Positions 34,040 through 44,621 of a stretch of DNA of 64,000 nucleotides are shown piece after piece. The notes beneath the pieces are model-generated. The model worked only from the letters and a program-made list of their open reading frames with translations. It was not told the DNA's origin and searched no databases. The stretch lies in contig JANRKS010000011.1 in NCBI GenBank assembly GCA_033763315.1, positions 64,001 to 128,000 on the forward strand, read 5' to 3'. Both the position numbers and the translations under genes were made by a program. This DNA comes from Deltaproteobacteria bacterium. Its GTDB lineage: Bacteria > Myxococcota_A > Polyangia > Fen-1088. How positions within the stretch are numbered: position 1 is the stretch's first letter; every line of letters starts with the position of its first letter.

Positions 34040-36967
34040 CTACTTCTGCGCCGTCTTGTCCACGGCCCGCGTGCCGCCTTCCGGCAGCAGCACGCCCTTG
34101 ATGAAGTGCTTCGTATCGAACACTTTGCGAGCGGTGTCACGGAGGCGCGTGGTGCTGATTGTATCGATGAGGGCAGGGAACTCGATGATGTGTTGCGGGT
34201 CGTCGCCATACCTCATCGCATCGGCAATCTCTTTGATCCAAAAGCCGTTGCTCTTCAGGTTCACCTCGTGTTGGCGCTGTTCTGCCATTTTGATCTTTGT
34301 GGTGTAGTCGTCGCCCAGTCCCTCGGCCTTGATCTTTTCGAGCTCAGCCAACACCGCCGCCGTCAACGCTTCCGTGCGCTCCGGTGCGCAGCCAAACCAA
34401 ATCGCCACCTCAAACTCAGATGTGGGCCGCCGGGTCAGCTCGCCCCGGACGTTGACGCTGTAACTGCCTGAGAGATCCTCGCGTACCACTTCGCGCAACC
34501 GAATCTCCACCGCGTCGGCCAAACTGCTCACGTCGAATTCAGCTTGTCGCGACCACGGCATCGAGCCAGTGAATGTCAATTGCACATCGGCACGTGGCTC
34601 AACGCCTTGGCGCACCTCCAGCTTGTGTGATCCGCGTGCCAAACGAGCTTTGATGTCTTTCCACGTCTCTTTGCGAACCTTTTTCGCCTGTGTGCCGGGC
34701 AGGGCGGCCAGATACGTTTGCACCAAGGGACGCAACGTTTCTGGATCCACATTGCCCACGATCACGAACGTCATGTCGTGAACGTCGGCGAAACGATCTT
34801 TATAGATGGCCAATGCCTTATTCATGTCCACCGCTTCGACGTCGGCCACCGTTGGCGGCAGCCTTCGCCGGTGGCGGTTGTAAAGCACGGTGCTAAGGGC
34901 GTCTCGAAACGCGGTTCGAGGATCGGAAGCTCGGTTTTGCAGCATGTTCACTTGCCGGGCTTTCCAGGCGGCGAACGCCTCAGCGTCCACGCGTGGTTCC
35001 GTGACGGTGAGATAGATAAGTTCAAACAGGGTGCTCAGATCCTTGACGGCACTTGAACCCCACAATCCCTCTTCCAGCTCATCAAGAACGGCTGACACTG
35101 AAACCAACTTGCCTGCCAAGGCCTTGCTTAGTTGCACAGGGCTGAAATCGGCAAGGCCACCTTCGTCGACCACGCTGTTCGCGTAGCGGGCGTTCACGTA
35201 ATCGGCATCTTTGACCAACGAAGTGCCGCCAGGGCTGAAGGCTTGCACCAACACGCGATCGTTTTGAAAGTCGGTGGGCTTGAAAGCCACGCGCACGCCA
35301 TTTGATAACGTCCACACCGTGACGCCTATGGCGGGCAGTTGCTTTTCACCGGTGATCCGTCCGGCTTGCGGCGGTTGCCGCACCAGGGGCCCCGTTGCCA
35401 CTTTATCCACGTACGCCGTGGTGGGTTCGGCGCTCGCCTTTTGCACCGTCGCAAGCAATTCCTTGTCGCTGGGCAGCGTTGCGGTTGCCGGCGCGGAAAC
35501 CATCAACGCGCGGTTGGCGGGGCTATTCCATGCGGCCGCCAATTGATTTAATTCGCCGAGCTGCATGCTGCCCAAGAACCGCTCATGCATCGCCAATTCG
35601 GCTTCGATGCCCGGCATTGCTTCACCGTTTAGGAAGTGGCGCACGATCTCGTCAGCGAAGACGCGCGAAGGCGTTTTGAGCCGCTCTTCCACGTGGCTCT
35701 GCATGGACCGCAGCGTGCTGATGCGCGCGCGATCAAATTCTGTTTGCGTGAACCCGTGCGTTGCCACGCGCGTGAGCTCTCGCGTGAGGGCCGCCAAAGC
35801 CGTTTGCACGCCGTCAGGCTTCACCGAGGCCGCTTGCAAAATGAGATCGGCCGCGTGGCCAAACGGAAACGATACCGACGATGCACCCAGAAACGGCGCG
35901 TTCGCCGCTTGTGACAGCTCCGCCAAACGCGCGTTGAGCATCTCGTGAAACACGTTCTCCACCACCATGCGGCGGTAGTCGCGCGCGCTGCCTTGCGGGC
36001 GTGGCGGCAGCGTCAGCACCATCGTCAATGAGGTGTCGGTCAGCTCCTTGTCGGTCACAAGGCTCACCTTCGTGTCTGTGTGCCCGGGCGTTGCAAAAAC
36101 GGGTTTGGGTCGTGCGTTCGCTGGGTTTGTCAGCGGCCCAAACTGTGTCTCGATTTGCTGCTTGATCGCCTGCGGATCAAAGTCGCCCACGGCCACCACG
36201 GCCATCAGGTTGGGCCGGTACCAGTCTTTGTAGAATCGCTTGATCGTCCCGAGATCCGCTGATTCCAGCGTTTTCTTGTCGCCAATGGGCGCCCGTTCCG
36301 CATAGCGGCTGCCGAAAAACAACACCGGCAATTGTTTGTCTTGCACGCGTGTCTCCGCGTCGCGCCCGCTGCGCCACTCTTCGATCACCACGCCACGCTC
36401 TTTGTTCGTCTCTTCAGGATCAAAGGCGATGTCACTGGCGAACTGCTGCAAGATCTGAATGCCTTGCGCGACCAGCTCGGGTTTGTCTGTGGGCACCGAA
36501 AGCGTGTAAACAGTTTCATCGAAGCTTGTATATGCGTTGGTGTGCATGCCAAACCGCATGCCCATTTTCTCAAGCACATTCACGATCTCCTGCTTCGCAA
36601 ACTTCTTCGTGCCGTTGAAGGCCATGTGTTCGATGAGGTGGGCCAAACCACGCTGGTCGTCATCTTCCAGAACCGAGCCCGCGGCCACCGCTAAGTACAG
36701 CGACGCGCGCTTTTCGGGTTTCGCATTTTTGCGAATGAAGTATGTGAGGCCATTGGCCAACTGGCCTTTCTCCACAGCTTTATCAAGCGGAAGGAGGGCC
36801 GCCTCGGGGTCAGGAGCGGCTGTTCTTGTGGCCGCTGGGGAGCCGGCGCTTGCGGCGGGCGGCGCCTGCGGCGGTGACGTTGCACATCCGGCGCATGCGA
36901 GGAAAATGGCCGAAATTGCGGCAAACACGGACAGGAAAGGGCGAGGCCGAACGTAGTCTTTGGTCAT
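34040..36967 (-). CDS. M16 family zinc peptidase (PqqL-like) lipoprotein
   Basis: GLAHLIEH (HXXEH), NAYTSFDETVY, FYKDWYRP, second lobe LSNGVRV; lipobox CAGC. Confidence 0.93.
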   Translation of the reverse strand: MTKDYVRPRPFLSVFAAISAIFLACAGCATSPPQAPPAASAGSPAATRTAAPDPEAALLPLDKAVEKGQLANGLTYFIRKNAKPEKRASLYLAVAAGSVLEDDDQRGLAHLIEHMAFNGTKKFAKQEIVNVLEKMGMRFGMHTNAYTSFDETVYTLSVPTDKPELVAQGIQILQQFASDIAFDPEETNKERGVVIEEWRSGRDAETRVQDKQLPVLFFGSRYAERAPIGDKKTLESADLGTIKRFYKDWYRPNLMAVVAVGDFDPQAIKQQIETQFGPLTNPANARPKPVFATPGHTDTKVSLVTDKELTDTSLTMVLTLPPRPQGSARDYRRMVVENVFHEMLNARLAELSQAANAPFLGASSVSFPFGHAADLILQAASVKPDGVQTALAALTRELTRVATHGFTQTEFDRARISTLRSMQSHVEERLKTPSRVFADEIVRHFLNGEAMPGIEAELAMHERFLGSMQLGELNQLAAAWNSPANRALMVSAPATATLPSDKELLATVQKASAEPTTAYVDKVATGPLVRQPPQAGRITGEKQLPAIGVTVWTLSNGVRVAFKPTDFQNDRVLVQAFSPGGTSLVKDADYVNARYANSVVDEGGLADFSPVQLSKALAGKLVSVSAVLDELEEGLWGSSAVKDLSTLFELIYLTVTEPRVDAEAFAAWKARQVNMLQNRASDPRTAFRDALSTVLYNRHRRRLPPTVADVEAVDMNKALAIYKDRFADVHDMTFVIVGNVDPETLRPLVQTYLAALPGTQAKKVRKETWKDIKARLARGSHKLEVRQGVEPRADVQLTFTGSMPWSRQAEFDVSSLADAVEIRLREVVREDLSGSYSVNVRGELTRRPTSEFEVAIWFGCAPERTEALTAAVLAELEKIKAEGLGDDYTTKIKMAEQRQHEVNLKSNGFWIKEIADAMRYGDDPQHIIEFPALIDTISTTRLRDTARKVFDTKHFIKGVLLPEGGTRAVDKTAQK

Positions 36968-37161
36968 GTCGTGGAGCGCCAGGTTGCGGTTTAGGCGCGC
37001 TTGCGCGCCCGCGGTTTTGATTTTGGTCCTACATGTCGTTGAGACGACCGCTACTTTGTCACACGATCAACCCGTTCTTCGACTAAACTATTTCGTTCAT
37101 GGCGGTGTGGCAGCCGCCCTCCTCGAGTTTTTTCGAGCGTTTTCAAGGAAGGAAGTTCTCC

Positions 37162-38025
37162 ATGAGAAGCCCCATTCAACGCGCCAGCGTTTGTTTCTTT
37201 TCGATGGCAGCCGCGGCGCTTGTGGTCGCTTGCGGCGCAGACACCACCGGTGGCGGCGATGGCGCTGGCTCGACCTCCGGCAGCGGGTCCACGTCTGGGG
37301 GAGGCTCGGCCTCCGGCAAGGGCGGCTTTAACATCCAATTCCCTGACGACCGGGGCGGGGGCGGCAACCAGGGAGGGGGCGGCTCCGGAACGAATTCGGA
37401 AGGCTGCGGCGTGATCGTCGCCACCGTGCGCGACCTCAAGGATTCGCATGCTGACTTCGAGAAGGATGAGTACAACAAAGGCCTCACGAAGGGCCTGGTC
37501 AAAGCCCAACTTGACGGCCAAAGGCTGCCCGAATACGCCCACGACAAGGCCACCGTGATCACGAGCCAGGCCACGTTCTCACAGTGGTACCGTGACACCA
37601 ACGACGTGAACATGAAGTTCTCCGTGCCACTGCCGCTAAAACAAGAGGCGCCGGGGCTGTTCGTGTTCGACAACGACGCATTTTTTCCCTTGGACAATAA
37701 AGGTTTTGGCAACCAGGGCCGCGTGCACAACTTCCACTTCACCACCGAGATCCGCGGCGGCTTCATCTATAAAGGTGGCGAGAAGTTTACCTTCAAGGGT
37801 GACGATGACGTGTGGGTGTTTGTGAACGGAAAACTTGCCTTGGATCTCGGCGGCGTACACGGTGTGAACACCGAAACCATCGACTTCGACGCGATGGCGG
37901 GCACATTGGGGATCAAAAAGGGCAACACCTACAGCTTCGATGTGTTTCACGCCGAACGCCACACGAGCGCGTCGCACTTTCGCATGGAAACGACCGTGGA
38001 GTGTCTAACAGTCACCGTGCTTTAG
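37162..38025 (+). CDS. Fibro-slime domain (PA14-like) lipoprotein
   Basis: VVAC lipobox; FSQWY.D, FFPLD, HNFHFTTE, GDDDVWVFVNG..LDLGGVH, FHAER. Confidence 0.92.
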   Translation: MRSPIQRASVCFFSMAAAALVVACGADTTGGGDGAGSTSGSGSTSGGGSASGKGGFNIQFPDDRGGGGNQGGGGSGTNSEGCGVIVATVRDLKDSHADFEKDEYNKGLTKGLVKAQLDGQRLPEYAHDKATVITSQATFSQWYRDTNDVNMKFSVPLPLKQEAPGLFVFDNDAFFPLDNKGFGNQGRVHNFHFTTEIRGGFIYKGGEKFTFKGDDDVWVFVNGKLALDLGGVHGVNTETIDFDAMAGTLGIKKGNTYSFDVFHAERHTSASHFRMETTVECLTVTVL

Positions 38026-38142
38026 CGCAACTGTTGTTGCGTCACTCGGCGTGCAGTGACGGCGCTGCGCTGCCCGAAGTTATCTCCTATGACTAAAGAT
38101 GCTTAAAATACGCGACTTGCCTATATAATTGGTCAGTCGTGA

Positions 38143-38158
38143 TGGCTCGCACCTTGCA
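38143..38158 (+). promoter_or_regulatory. Sigma54 -24/-12 promoter
   Basis: TGGCTCGCACCTTGCA, GG-N10-GC, upstream of ATG 38198. Confidence 0.7.
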
Positions 38159-38197
38159 AAGCCATGAGCGTATCCCTTCAGTCCGGGAGCCTTCAAG

Positions 38198-39919
38198 ATG
38201 AGGAACGACATGAAGTTGAGTCGATCTCGCGCCCGTACCGTTGGCGGCGCTTCAAGGCAACCGGTTGCCTTTATGTTGGTGGGGTTTTGTCTTGCGGCTT
38301 GCACGGGCAGTGTCGGCTCTGACATCGACGGCGCGGAGCCCAGCGGCCAAGGCGGAAGTGGAAAGGGCGGCAGCGCCGGCAGCCAAGGCGGCGCTGAAGG
38401 TCCGGTGTCGCAATCGCCATCAGACTACAACAAAAGCTCCGAATTGCGGCGTCTGACGCGCGCCGAATACACCAACACCATTTTTGATTTGTTGGGCGTT
38501 GATGTGAGCAAGGATGATCGTCCGAAAGAACTCATCATCCAGGGCTACAGCGAAATCGCCGGCGCCCAAAAGCTGGGCTACGAGGACAGCAACGCGTTTT
38601 TGAACCTGGGCGATAAGGTGGCTGCGGCCACCGCCACCAAGTTGGACGCCGACATGAAATGCGCTGATAAGGCGTGCCTGCGCACCTGGGCGTCAGGCTT
38701 CTTGCTGCGCGCCTTCCGTGAACCGCCCAGCGACGCCTTGGTGGATCGTTATGCGGCCATTCTGAGCGCCGCCGATGCGGGCGGCACACAAGTGGAACGG
38801 GTCACCGCGTTCGTCTCGGCGGTGCTGAGTTCGCCGCATTTTCTTTATCGCAAAGAATTGGGTGCCACCGCCGTTTCAGGCGATGCCAGCGTGCGCGCCA
38901 TGAACCCCTATCACGTGGCTTCCCGGCTTTCGTATATGGTGTGGCAGTCGATGCCCGACGCGCAGTTGTTCGCGGCGGCCGATAAGAAAACGCTGCTTGA
39001 TCCCGCCGCGCGCAAAAGCGAATTGACGCGCATGTTGATGGATCCGCGCGCGCGCAAGGGGCTGCGTGCCTTCGTTGCCGATTGGATGGGTGTGTTCGAG
39101 AACAATCTGGGCAAGAAGGCCCCAGCCGTGTTGATGGGCACCAGTGCCGACTTGCCCACGGTCGCCGCAAAAGCGTTCGACATGCTGGTGGATGAGGTGC
39201 TCACCACCGCCAGCAGTCCGAAATTTTCTGATTTGCTCAAGACGGACCAAGCCTTCGCCAACGAGAACTTGGGCGCGGTGCTTGGCGTGACTGTCACGGG
39301 AACGGATTTGAAAAAGGTCACGGTCCCCGCCAAAGATCGATTGGGCGTTTTGACCAACCCGATGGTCATAGGTGCACACAGCAAGGAAAGCGGCGCTTCG
39401 CCGTTTCCGATCGGAAAGTTCGTTTACGAGAACGTTTTGTGTGAATCGATCCCACCGCCGCCCGCCAGTTTCCCACCTGTGGAGGACAACGCCACCGGGC
39501 AAACCTTGCGGCAAAAGCTGGAGTCCATGACGGCGAACGAACCGTGCCTTTCGTGTCACAAGCGCATCGGACCCCCAGGCTTTTCGTTCTTGCCCTTCGA
39601 TCCTGTGGGGCGTTTCAAGAACACTGACGCCAAGGGGCAGCCTTTCGATACGACGGGAACACTGCTGTTCGAGGATGACGCGAAGATGCCGTTCACCAGC
39701 GCCGCCGACCTTGGCAGCAAATTGGCCTCGCGGCCCGAGGCCCAAAAGTGCATCGCGCGCCGTTTGTTCCGCTGGACGTTTGGGCGTTTCGAGGCTGATG
39801 GCGACGCGGGTGCTGTTTCAAGCTTCGAGAAGGCTGCCGTGGATAGCTCGTCAGGCGTTGCAGAAACCCTGCAGCAAATCGTTGCGGCACCCAGTTTCAC
39901 CCAAGTGCGGGTTCGCTAA
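38198..39919 (+). CDS. DUF1587/1595/1592/1588/1585 lipoprotein with CxxCH
   Basis: LRRLTRAEY.NT..DL, SPHFLYR, ASRLSY..W.S.PD, LC...PPPP, CLSCH. Confidence 0.9.
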   Translation: MRNDMKLSRSRARTVGGASRQPVAFMLVGFCLAACTGSVGSDIDGAEPSGQGGSGKGGSAGSQGGAEGPVSQSPSDYNKSSELRRLTRAEYTNTIFDLLGVDVSKDDRPKELIIQGYSEIAGAQKLGYEDSNAFLNLGDKVAAATATKLDADMKCADKACLRTWASGFLLRAFREPPSDALVDRYAAILSAADAGGTQVERVTAFVSAVLSSPHFLYRKELGATAVSGDASVRAMNPYHVASRLSYMVWQSMPDAQLFAAADKKTLLDPAARKSELTRMLMDPRARKGLRAFVADWMGVFENNLGKKAPAVLMGTSADLPTVAAKAFDMLVDEVLTTASSPKFSDLLKTDQAFANENLGAVLGVTVTGTDLKKVTVPAKDRLGVLTNPMVIGAHSKESGASPFPIGKFVYENVLCESIPPPPASFPPVEDNATGQTLRQKLESMTANEPCLSCHKRIGPPGFSFLPFDPVGRFKNTDAKGQPFDTTGTLLFEDDAKMPFTSAADLGSKLASRPEAQKCIARRLFRWTFGRFEADGDAGAVSSFEKAAVDSSSGVAETLQQIVAAPSFTQVRVR

Positions 39920-39933
39920 CGCGAGGTGAATTC

Positions 39934-41346
39934 ATGATCAATCAATCTCGACGTAAACTCATTGCACAAGCGGGTGCCTGGCCTTTGCTTTGGCCATTGG
40001 TGCAACACGGGATGGCGCGCGCCGCTGGTGACGTGGTGCCCAAGCGTGTGGTGGTGATCTTCAGTCCCAATGGTCCTATCACCCGCGGCGGCATTGCGAG
40101 CGGCACGGAAACAAATTTCACCATCAACGACTATTGGGCCCCGCTGCAGCGCCACAAGGCGGACGGTTGCTTCTTCGTCGGGTGTCATCAAGCCGGCGTG
40201 CCTTTTGGCAAACACAACGAGTACGGCCATCAGTCTGGTGGAACGGGCGCGCTCACCGCGCGAACCACGGAAGGCACCAACAACTCCACCGGCCCATCGT
40301 TGGATCAGTTCATCGGGCAAGAGCTGCAGAAGGCAGGCATCGTCACACCGAAGCGTTCGATCTTGATGGGCTTGCATAAGAACGTGGGCAACTGGGGCCC
40401 TTGGTATGAAGCGGCGGGCAAGCCTGCGCTGCCGATGGTCGATCCTTACAAGATCTTGGCTGACATCATGCCTTCGGTGACGGCGGCCTCGGGCGGAACA
40501 AGCACACCAGCGGTTGATAAGGTTCTGCTGCGCAAGAACTTCGTCTTGGACGCCATCTACAAAGACTGCAAGGAGCTGGCGGGCAGTCTTGGCAGCGACG
40601 CCAAGGCGTTGCTCGACTTTCATTGCGGCAACATCGAGTCGCTGCAAAAGAGCGTGGCAAAGTCGATATCAGCCGCGCCCATGAGCGGCCCGGCGTGTGT
40701 GGCGCCCACGAAGCCTAACACAACGTTGGCGTCCACCGCCAATTTCGAGCAAGCCGACAACCGCGATGAAATCATGAAAGCGTTCACCGATCTGGTGGCG
40801 TTGTCGTTCAGCTGCGACGTCACGCGCGTGGTGGGCATATCGTTTGGTGAAACCGCTTCGCGCTTTGCGATCCCTGCCAAATATGGCGTTGGCAGCGCGG
40901 CGCAGGTGGATTCCGGCGACTCGGGCCCCCAGCACCACGCGTGGACGCACACCTACAACAACGGCCCCGAAAAGCAGATGGCTTTGAAGCTGTTCTATAA
41001 CTGGTACGCCGAAAAGGTGGCTCTGCTGATCGATAAGCTTAAAACGACGATGGATGCCAACGGCAAACCGTTGATGGATACCACGCTTGTGATCTGGACG
41101 TCCGAACTGGGGGGCAAGGACAATGACCTTGAGCCTCATCCAAACCACAACATCCCTGTATCAATGTTTGGCAACAGCCAAGGCGCGTTCAAAACCGGCC
41201 GTCTCTACAGCACCAAGGATCCGCAAGACAAGTCGGCCTTGGTGCTGCACTCTCTGTTCGTTTCGGCGATTCAACACGCTGGCCTCACGAACATCAACAC
41301 GTTTGGTAACCAAGGCACGGGCGGCCTCGCTTGGCTTAAGGGTTAG
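39934..41346 (+). CDS. DUF1552 family Tat-exported protein
   Basis: SRRKLI Tat motif, PNG, SLDQ, CDVTRV, HHAWTH; usual partner of DUF1592 proteins. Confidence 0.88.
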   Translation: MINQSRRKLIAQAGAWPLLWPLVQHGMARAAGDVVPKRVVVIFSPNGPITRGGIASGTETNFTINDYWAPLQRHKADGCFFVGCHQAGVPFGKHNEYGHQSGGTGALTARTTEGTNNSTGPSLDQFIGQELQKAGIVTPKRSILMGLHKNVGNWGPWYEAAGKPALPMVDPYKILADIMPSVTAASGGTSTPAVDKVLLRKNFVLDAIYKDCKELAGSLGSDAKALLDFHCGNIESLQKSVAKSISAAPMSGPACVAPTKPNTTLASTANFEQADNRDEIMKAFTDLVALSFSCDVTRVVGISFGETASRFAIPAKYGVGSAAQVDSGDSGPQHHAWTHTYNNGPEKQMALKLFYNWYAEKVALLIDKLKTTMDANGKPLMDTTLVIWTSELGGKDNDLEPHPNHNIPVSMFGNSQGAFKTGRLYSTKDPQDKSALVLHSLFVSAIQHAGLTNINTFGNQGTGGLAWLKG

Positions 41347-43561
41347 GCAGCAAGCTGTCGCCTGATTCCGCGTCGAAAAGAGACGTTGACCGCGGCGGCA
41401 GCGTCACAGATAGCGTGCGTTGATTTCGCAGCGTTAGCGTGCGTTTACCGCCCGTGGCCGAGTGTACCATCAGCAGGTTCATGCCTGCCAATACGCTATC
41501 GTTCGCATCGTTGTAGATATGCGCGCCCGCTTGCCTGAAGATGAACCGCAGCAACGCCGGATCGTGCAGCGAAAGTGTGCCAACCCAAGCGGTGCTTTGG
41601 GCCAACGACTTTTTCGCGACCACGACGCGGGTGGTTCCCTGCAAGTGAGCCACCGCTTGGGCTTGGGCATCCACCACCTCCATCATTGGATCGACGGCGT
41701 CTGAGAGCGCAAAGCTCGTGCGTGGCGCGCCCGGTCCATCAACGACGATCGTTGGATCGTCTTTGGGTTCCCCGGCGAACCGGAAGCGCTGCATGGAAAT
41801 TCCGGTGACCTCATTGCTGAAGGCTTCGTTGAGCGTTTCGCCGTCAAAGTAGCCTGGCATGTATGTCCACAACAGGTGCCTGCCTGCGGTGGCGACCTGT
41901 TCGCGAATGAACGCGCGTTCGGCGGGCAGGATGCGGGTTGTGTGGGCAAACAGCACGGCCTTGTAACGATCGAGCTGCATGCGGGGAAGATCGTCAAGCC
42001 GCACGAAGTCCGCCATGGCGCCCGAGCGATACACCGCGGCTGACAATCGATCAATGAGCACATCATTCACCGTGTTCCAGCGGCTTTTGATCGCGAAGAC
42101 GCTGCTCGGATCGTACACCACCAACACGTCGGCCGCCGGCTCGTAAGGTTTGGCCCAAGCCTTCTGCAAGAGGACGCGAAGGCGCTTGAGCTCGTCGTGG
42201 AACAGGGGATTGTCCCAGCTTCCAGAGCCGAACACAGCGCCAAAGTCGTAGTACCAAAGGCCGTGGCCCCGCAGCAAGGGGTGCAAGGTGTTGCGACGAA
42301 GCAATGCCACGTCATCACGCATGCGCGGCGCGAGCTTGGCGTCGTTGGGGTCGTATTGATCTTCGGGCTGCTTGAGGCTGGTGCCCGTATCCATCTCATC
42401 CAGAAACAGCTTGCCCGCCAGCCGCCCCGATTCAACGAGGCCCCGTGATTGGCCGGCGCCGCCCATTTCGTGCGAATCGGCAAAATACGATTGCGGGGCA
42501 CTCACGTAATCGATCCATTTCGAGTCGAAGATTCGGTTCATCCGCAGGTGCGCGCCCGCGGCCTGGCGGCCAAACGTCGAGAAGTAATAACCATAGAACG
42601 CGCCTGTAATGATGGGGCGGGGCCAAGACGTTTTGACCACCTCGCAAAAGTGCAAGATGTCGTCGGCGATGTTGTCTTGCTGGGCCTCGTAATAATCCAT
42701 CGTTTGACGTTCCCGATTCACGTCGCGAAACAGGCCGGCCAGCGTCCGATCGCGCGCGGCCAGATCGGGAACCGTTGCGCGCGATAAGGTCACAGCCGGG
42801 GTGTTCCAAGCTTTCTGTAAGGCCGCGTCGGTTTTGTATTTGGCCTGCAACCAACGGCGAAAGTACGCTTGCATCGGCGCGCTCACATCAGGATCTTGCG
42901 AGGGAAAACCCCACGGGTGCCATTCGCCATACACGCCGCCAGCCACTTGCAGCCCCACCACGCTGCGACCTTCCGCTGACTTCGCGAGGGACGACAACAT
43001 CTCTTTGAGCTTCGCCGTGGCCTCTTGTTGCCACAGTTGCGACGCGAGGCTGTGGCGCACGTGCCGTTCGGTGTCGCCGTAATGAATCTGCCACGGTGGA
43101 CCGTAATCTTTGCCATCCGCGGGCCCGTTGGCGTATTGCACGCACTCGGTGGGGTGAAGCCGGTTCCACCAAAACGGTGCGTTGACGTGAAAGCGAATGA
43201 ACACCGCCGCTTGAGGGTTCACGTCCACCACGCCCTTTATCTGCCTCCGGACCAGGTCCATGTTGAGTTTGCCATCTGGCGTCCAGATGTCTTGGAACCA
43301 CACGTCCACCTGAAACAACTTGAAGCCCAGCTGGGTGAACACCTCCAAGTTACGCTTCGGGATCTCCTCCCAAGTGAAGCGCCCCCCTCGAAAATCGGTG
43401 AGCGCGTAGATCTGCGGCATCTCCGCTTGGCCGTTCACGAAGATTGTGGGGCGGCCATTCCATATTTTCACGGCGCCCTCCATCCCTTTGGGCCCGGCCA
43501 CGACGGTGGCGGCGGGGGCAAGCGTGAGTAAGGCGAGCAGAACGATCAAGCGGCGTTTCAT
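41336..43561 (-). CDS. Secreted glycoside hydrolase, GH42/beta-galactosidase-like
   Basis: Signal peptide; G.YGEWH, F..WL..KY.T..AL..AW, LFLDEMD; trimerisation-like C-terminal domain. Confidence 0.65.
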   Translation of the reverse strand: MKRRLIVLLALLTLAPAATVVAGPKGMEGAVKIWNGRPTIFVNGQAEMPQIYALTDFRGGRFTWEEIPKRNLEVFTQLGFKLFQVDVWFQDIWTPDGKLNMDLVRRQIKGVVDVNPQAAVFIRFHVNAPFWWNRLHPTECVQYANGPADGKDYGPPWQIHYGDTERHVRHSLASQLWQQEATAKLKEMLSSLAKSAEGRSVVGLQVAGGVYGEWHPWGFPSQDPDVSAPMQAYFRRWLQAKYKTDAALQKAWNTPAVTLSRATVPDLAARDRTLAGLFRDVNRERQTMDYYEAQQDNIADDILHFCEVVKTSWPRPIITGAFYGYYFSTFGRQAAGAHLRMNRIFDSKWIDYVSAPQSYFADSHEMGGAGQSRGLVESGRLAGKLFLDEMDTGTSLKQPEDQYDPNDAKLAPRMRDDVALLRRNTLHPLLRGHGLWYYDFGAVFGSGSWDNPLFHDELKRLRVLLQKAWAKPYEPAADVLVVYDPSSVFAIKSRWNTVNDVLIDRLSAAVYRSGAMADFVRLDDLPRMQLDRYKAVLFAHTTRILPAERAFIREQVATAGRHLLWTYMPGYFDGETLNEAFSNEVTGISMQRFRFAGEPKDDPTIVVDGPGAPRTSFALSDAVDPMMEVVDAQAQAVAHLQGTTRVVVAKKSLAQSTAWVGTLSLHDPALLRFIFRQAGAHIYNDANDSVLAGMNLLMVHSATGGKRTLTLRNQRTLSVTLPPRSTSLFDAESGDSLLPNP

Positions 43562-43664
43562 GGCCATTCAGCGTGCGGAACCGGATGGCCTCCAACCATA
43601 GGTATTTATGCTGTGGCGACGGTGAAAGGGCCTTCGCGCGTGGGCCAAGCCACTGGGGCTCGCA

Positions 43665-44621
43665 TCAAAGGGCTTCGTCTAAAAGTTGCGCCAGCGCTTT
43701 GGTTTCAGCGGGCCCCATATCTGACGTAAACAAGCGCGGCAGCGACACCAGCGGCAATTGTGTGCTTGCCGCCAGGCGCTTCAAAATGGGCTCAGCCTCA
43801 AGGCGCCGCGACGACAAAGCGCGCACGCCATCGAGGGTGCTTTGCAGCTGCGGGTTGTTGCTGTGCTTGCCGGCGGCCGACAAAGCCAGACGAATGGGCT
43901 CCGCCGCCCAGGAAGGATCGGGTACCGCATTTACGATTAGCGGGCCAAGCGGTGCGTTCAACTTGTGGCGTGTGGTGTTCACCAATTCCACGGTTTCGCG
44001 CGCGGGCAATTCTTCGGGCAAGGTGACGATCACGAACGCGCTTTCGGTGGGGCTTGTGAGCATGTTGTAGATGCTCTGCGCGTCTCGAGTCAGCGGTCCT
44101 TTGGGCATCGCCGTCACCAACGCCCGCGGGATCTTCATCATGGCCACGGCGTGGCCCGAAGCGGGCGCATCCAAGATCACCAGATCGTATTTCGGCCGGC
44201 CATTGACTTGTTCGGTGGTGTGCCACCACGCTTTGCCTAACATCGAGTAGGCGTAAAGTCCCGGCACCGCAGCCAAGAACGCGCGCACGGGGCGGTTCTC
44301 AAAAACCACCTTGTAAAGCGCCTCAATCCGCAACGTCATCAAGCCATATTCGCGCAGCGCCGCGACGGGCGTCATGTTGACGGCGTCGATGCGATCGGTG
44401 ACCCGCGTGACGTCGGTGCCGAGCGGCGCCGCCGCGCCCAAGAGACGCCCCAAACGGCCTTGGCCCTGCGTCTCGGCCACCAACACACGTTTGCCACGCG
44501 CCGCCGCCGCATAAGCCATCGCGGCGGCCACCGTGGTGCGCCCCACGCCGCCCTTGCCGGATAATACGATCAGCTTTCGATCAAGAACAGCGCTGCGGTG
44601 GGACGGTTGCGGCATCATCAC
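43665..44621 (-). CDS. ArsA/Get3-like ATPase (single domain)
   Basis: SGKGGVGRTT, DAPASGH, VTLPEELPARET. Confidence 0.85.
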   Translation of the reverse strand: MMMPQPSHRSAVLDRKLIVLSGKGGVGRTTVAAAMAYAAAARGKRVLVAETQGQGRLGRLLGAAAPLGTDVTRVTDRIDAVNMTPVAALREYGLMTLRIEALYKVVFENRPVRAFLAAVPGLYAYSMLGKAWWHTTEQVNGRPKYDLVILDAPASGHAVAMMKIPRALVTAMPKGPLTRDAQSIYNMLTSPTESAFVIVTLPEELPARETVELVNTTRHKLNAPLGPLIVNAVPDPSWAAEPIRLALSAAGKHSNNPQLQSTLDGVRALSSRRLEAEPILKRLAASTQLPLVSLPRLFTSDMGPAETKALAQLLDEAL

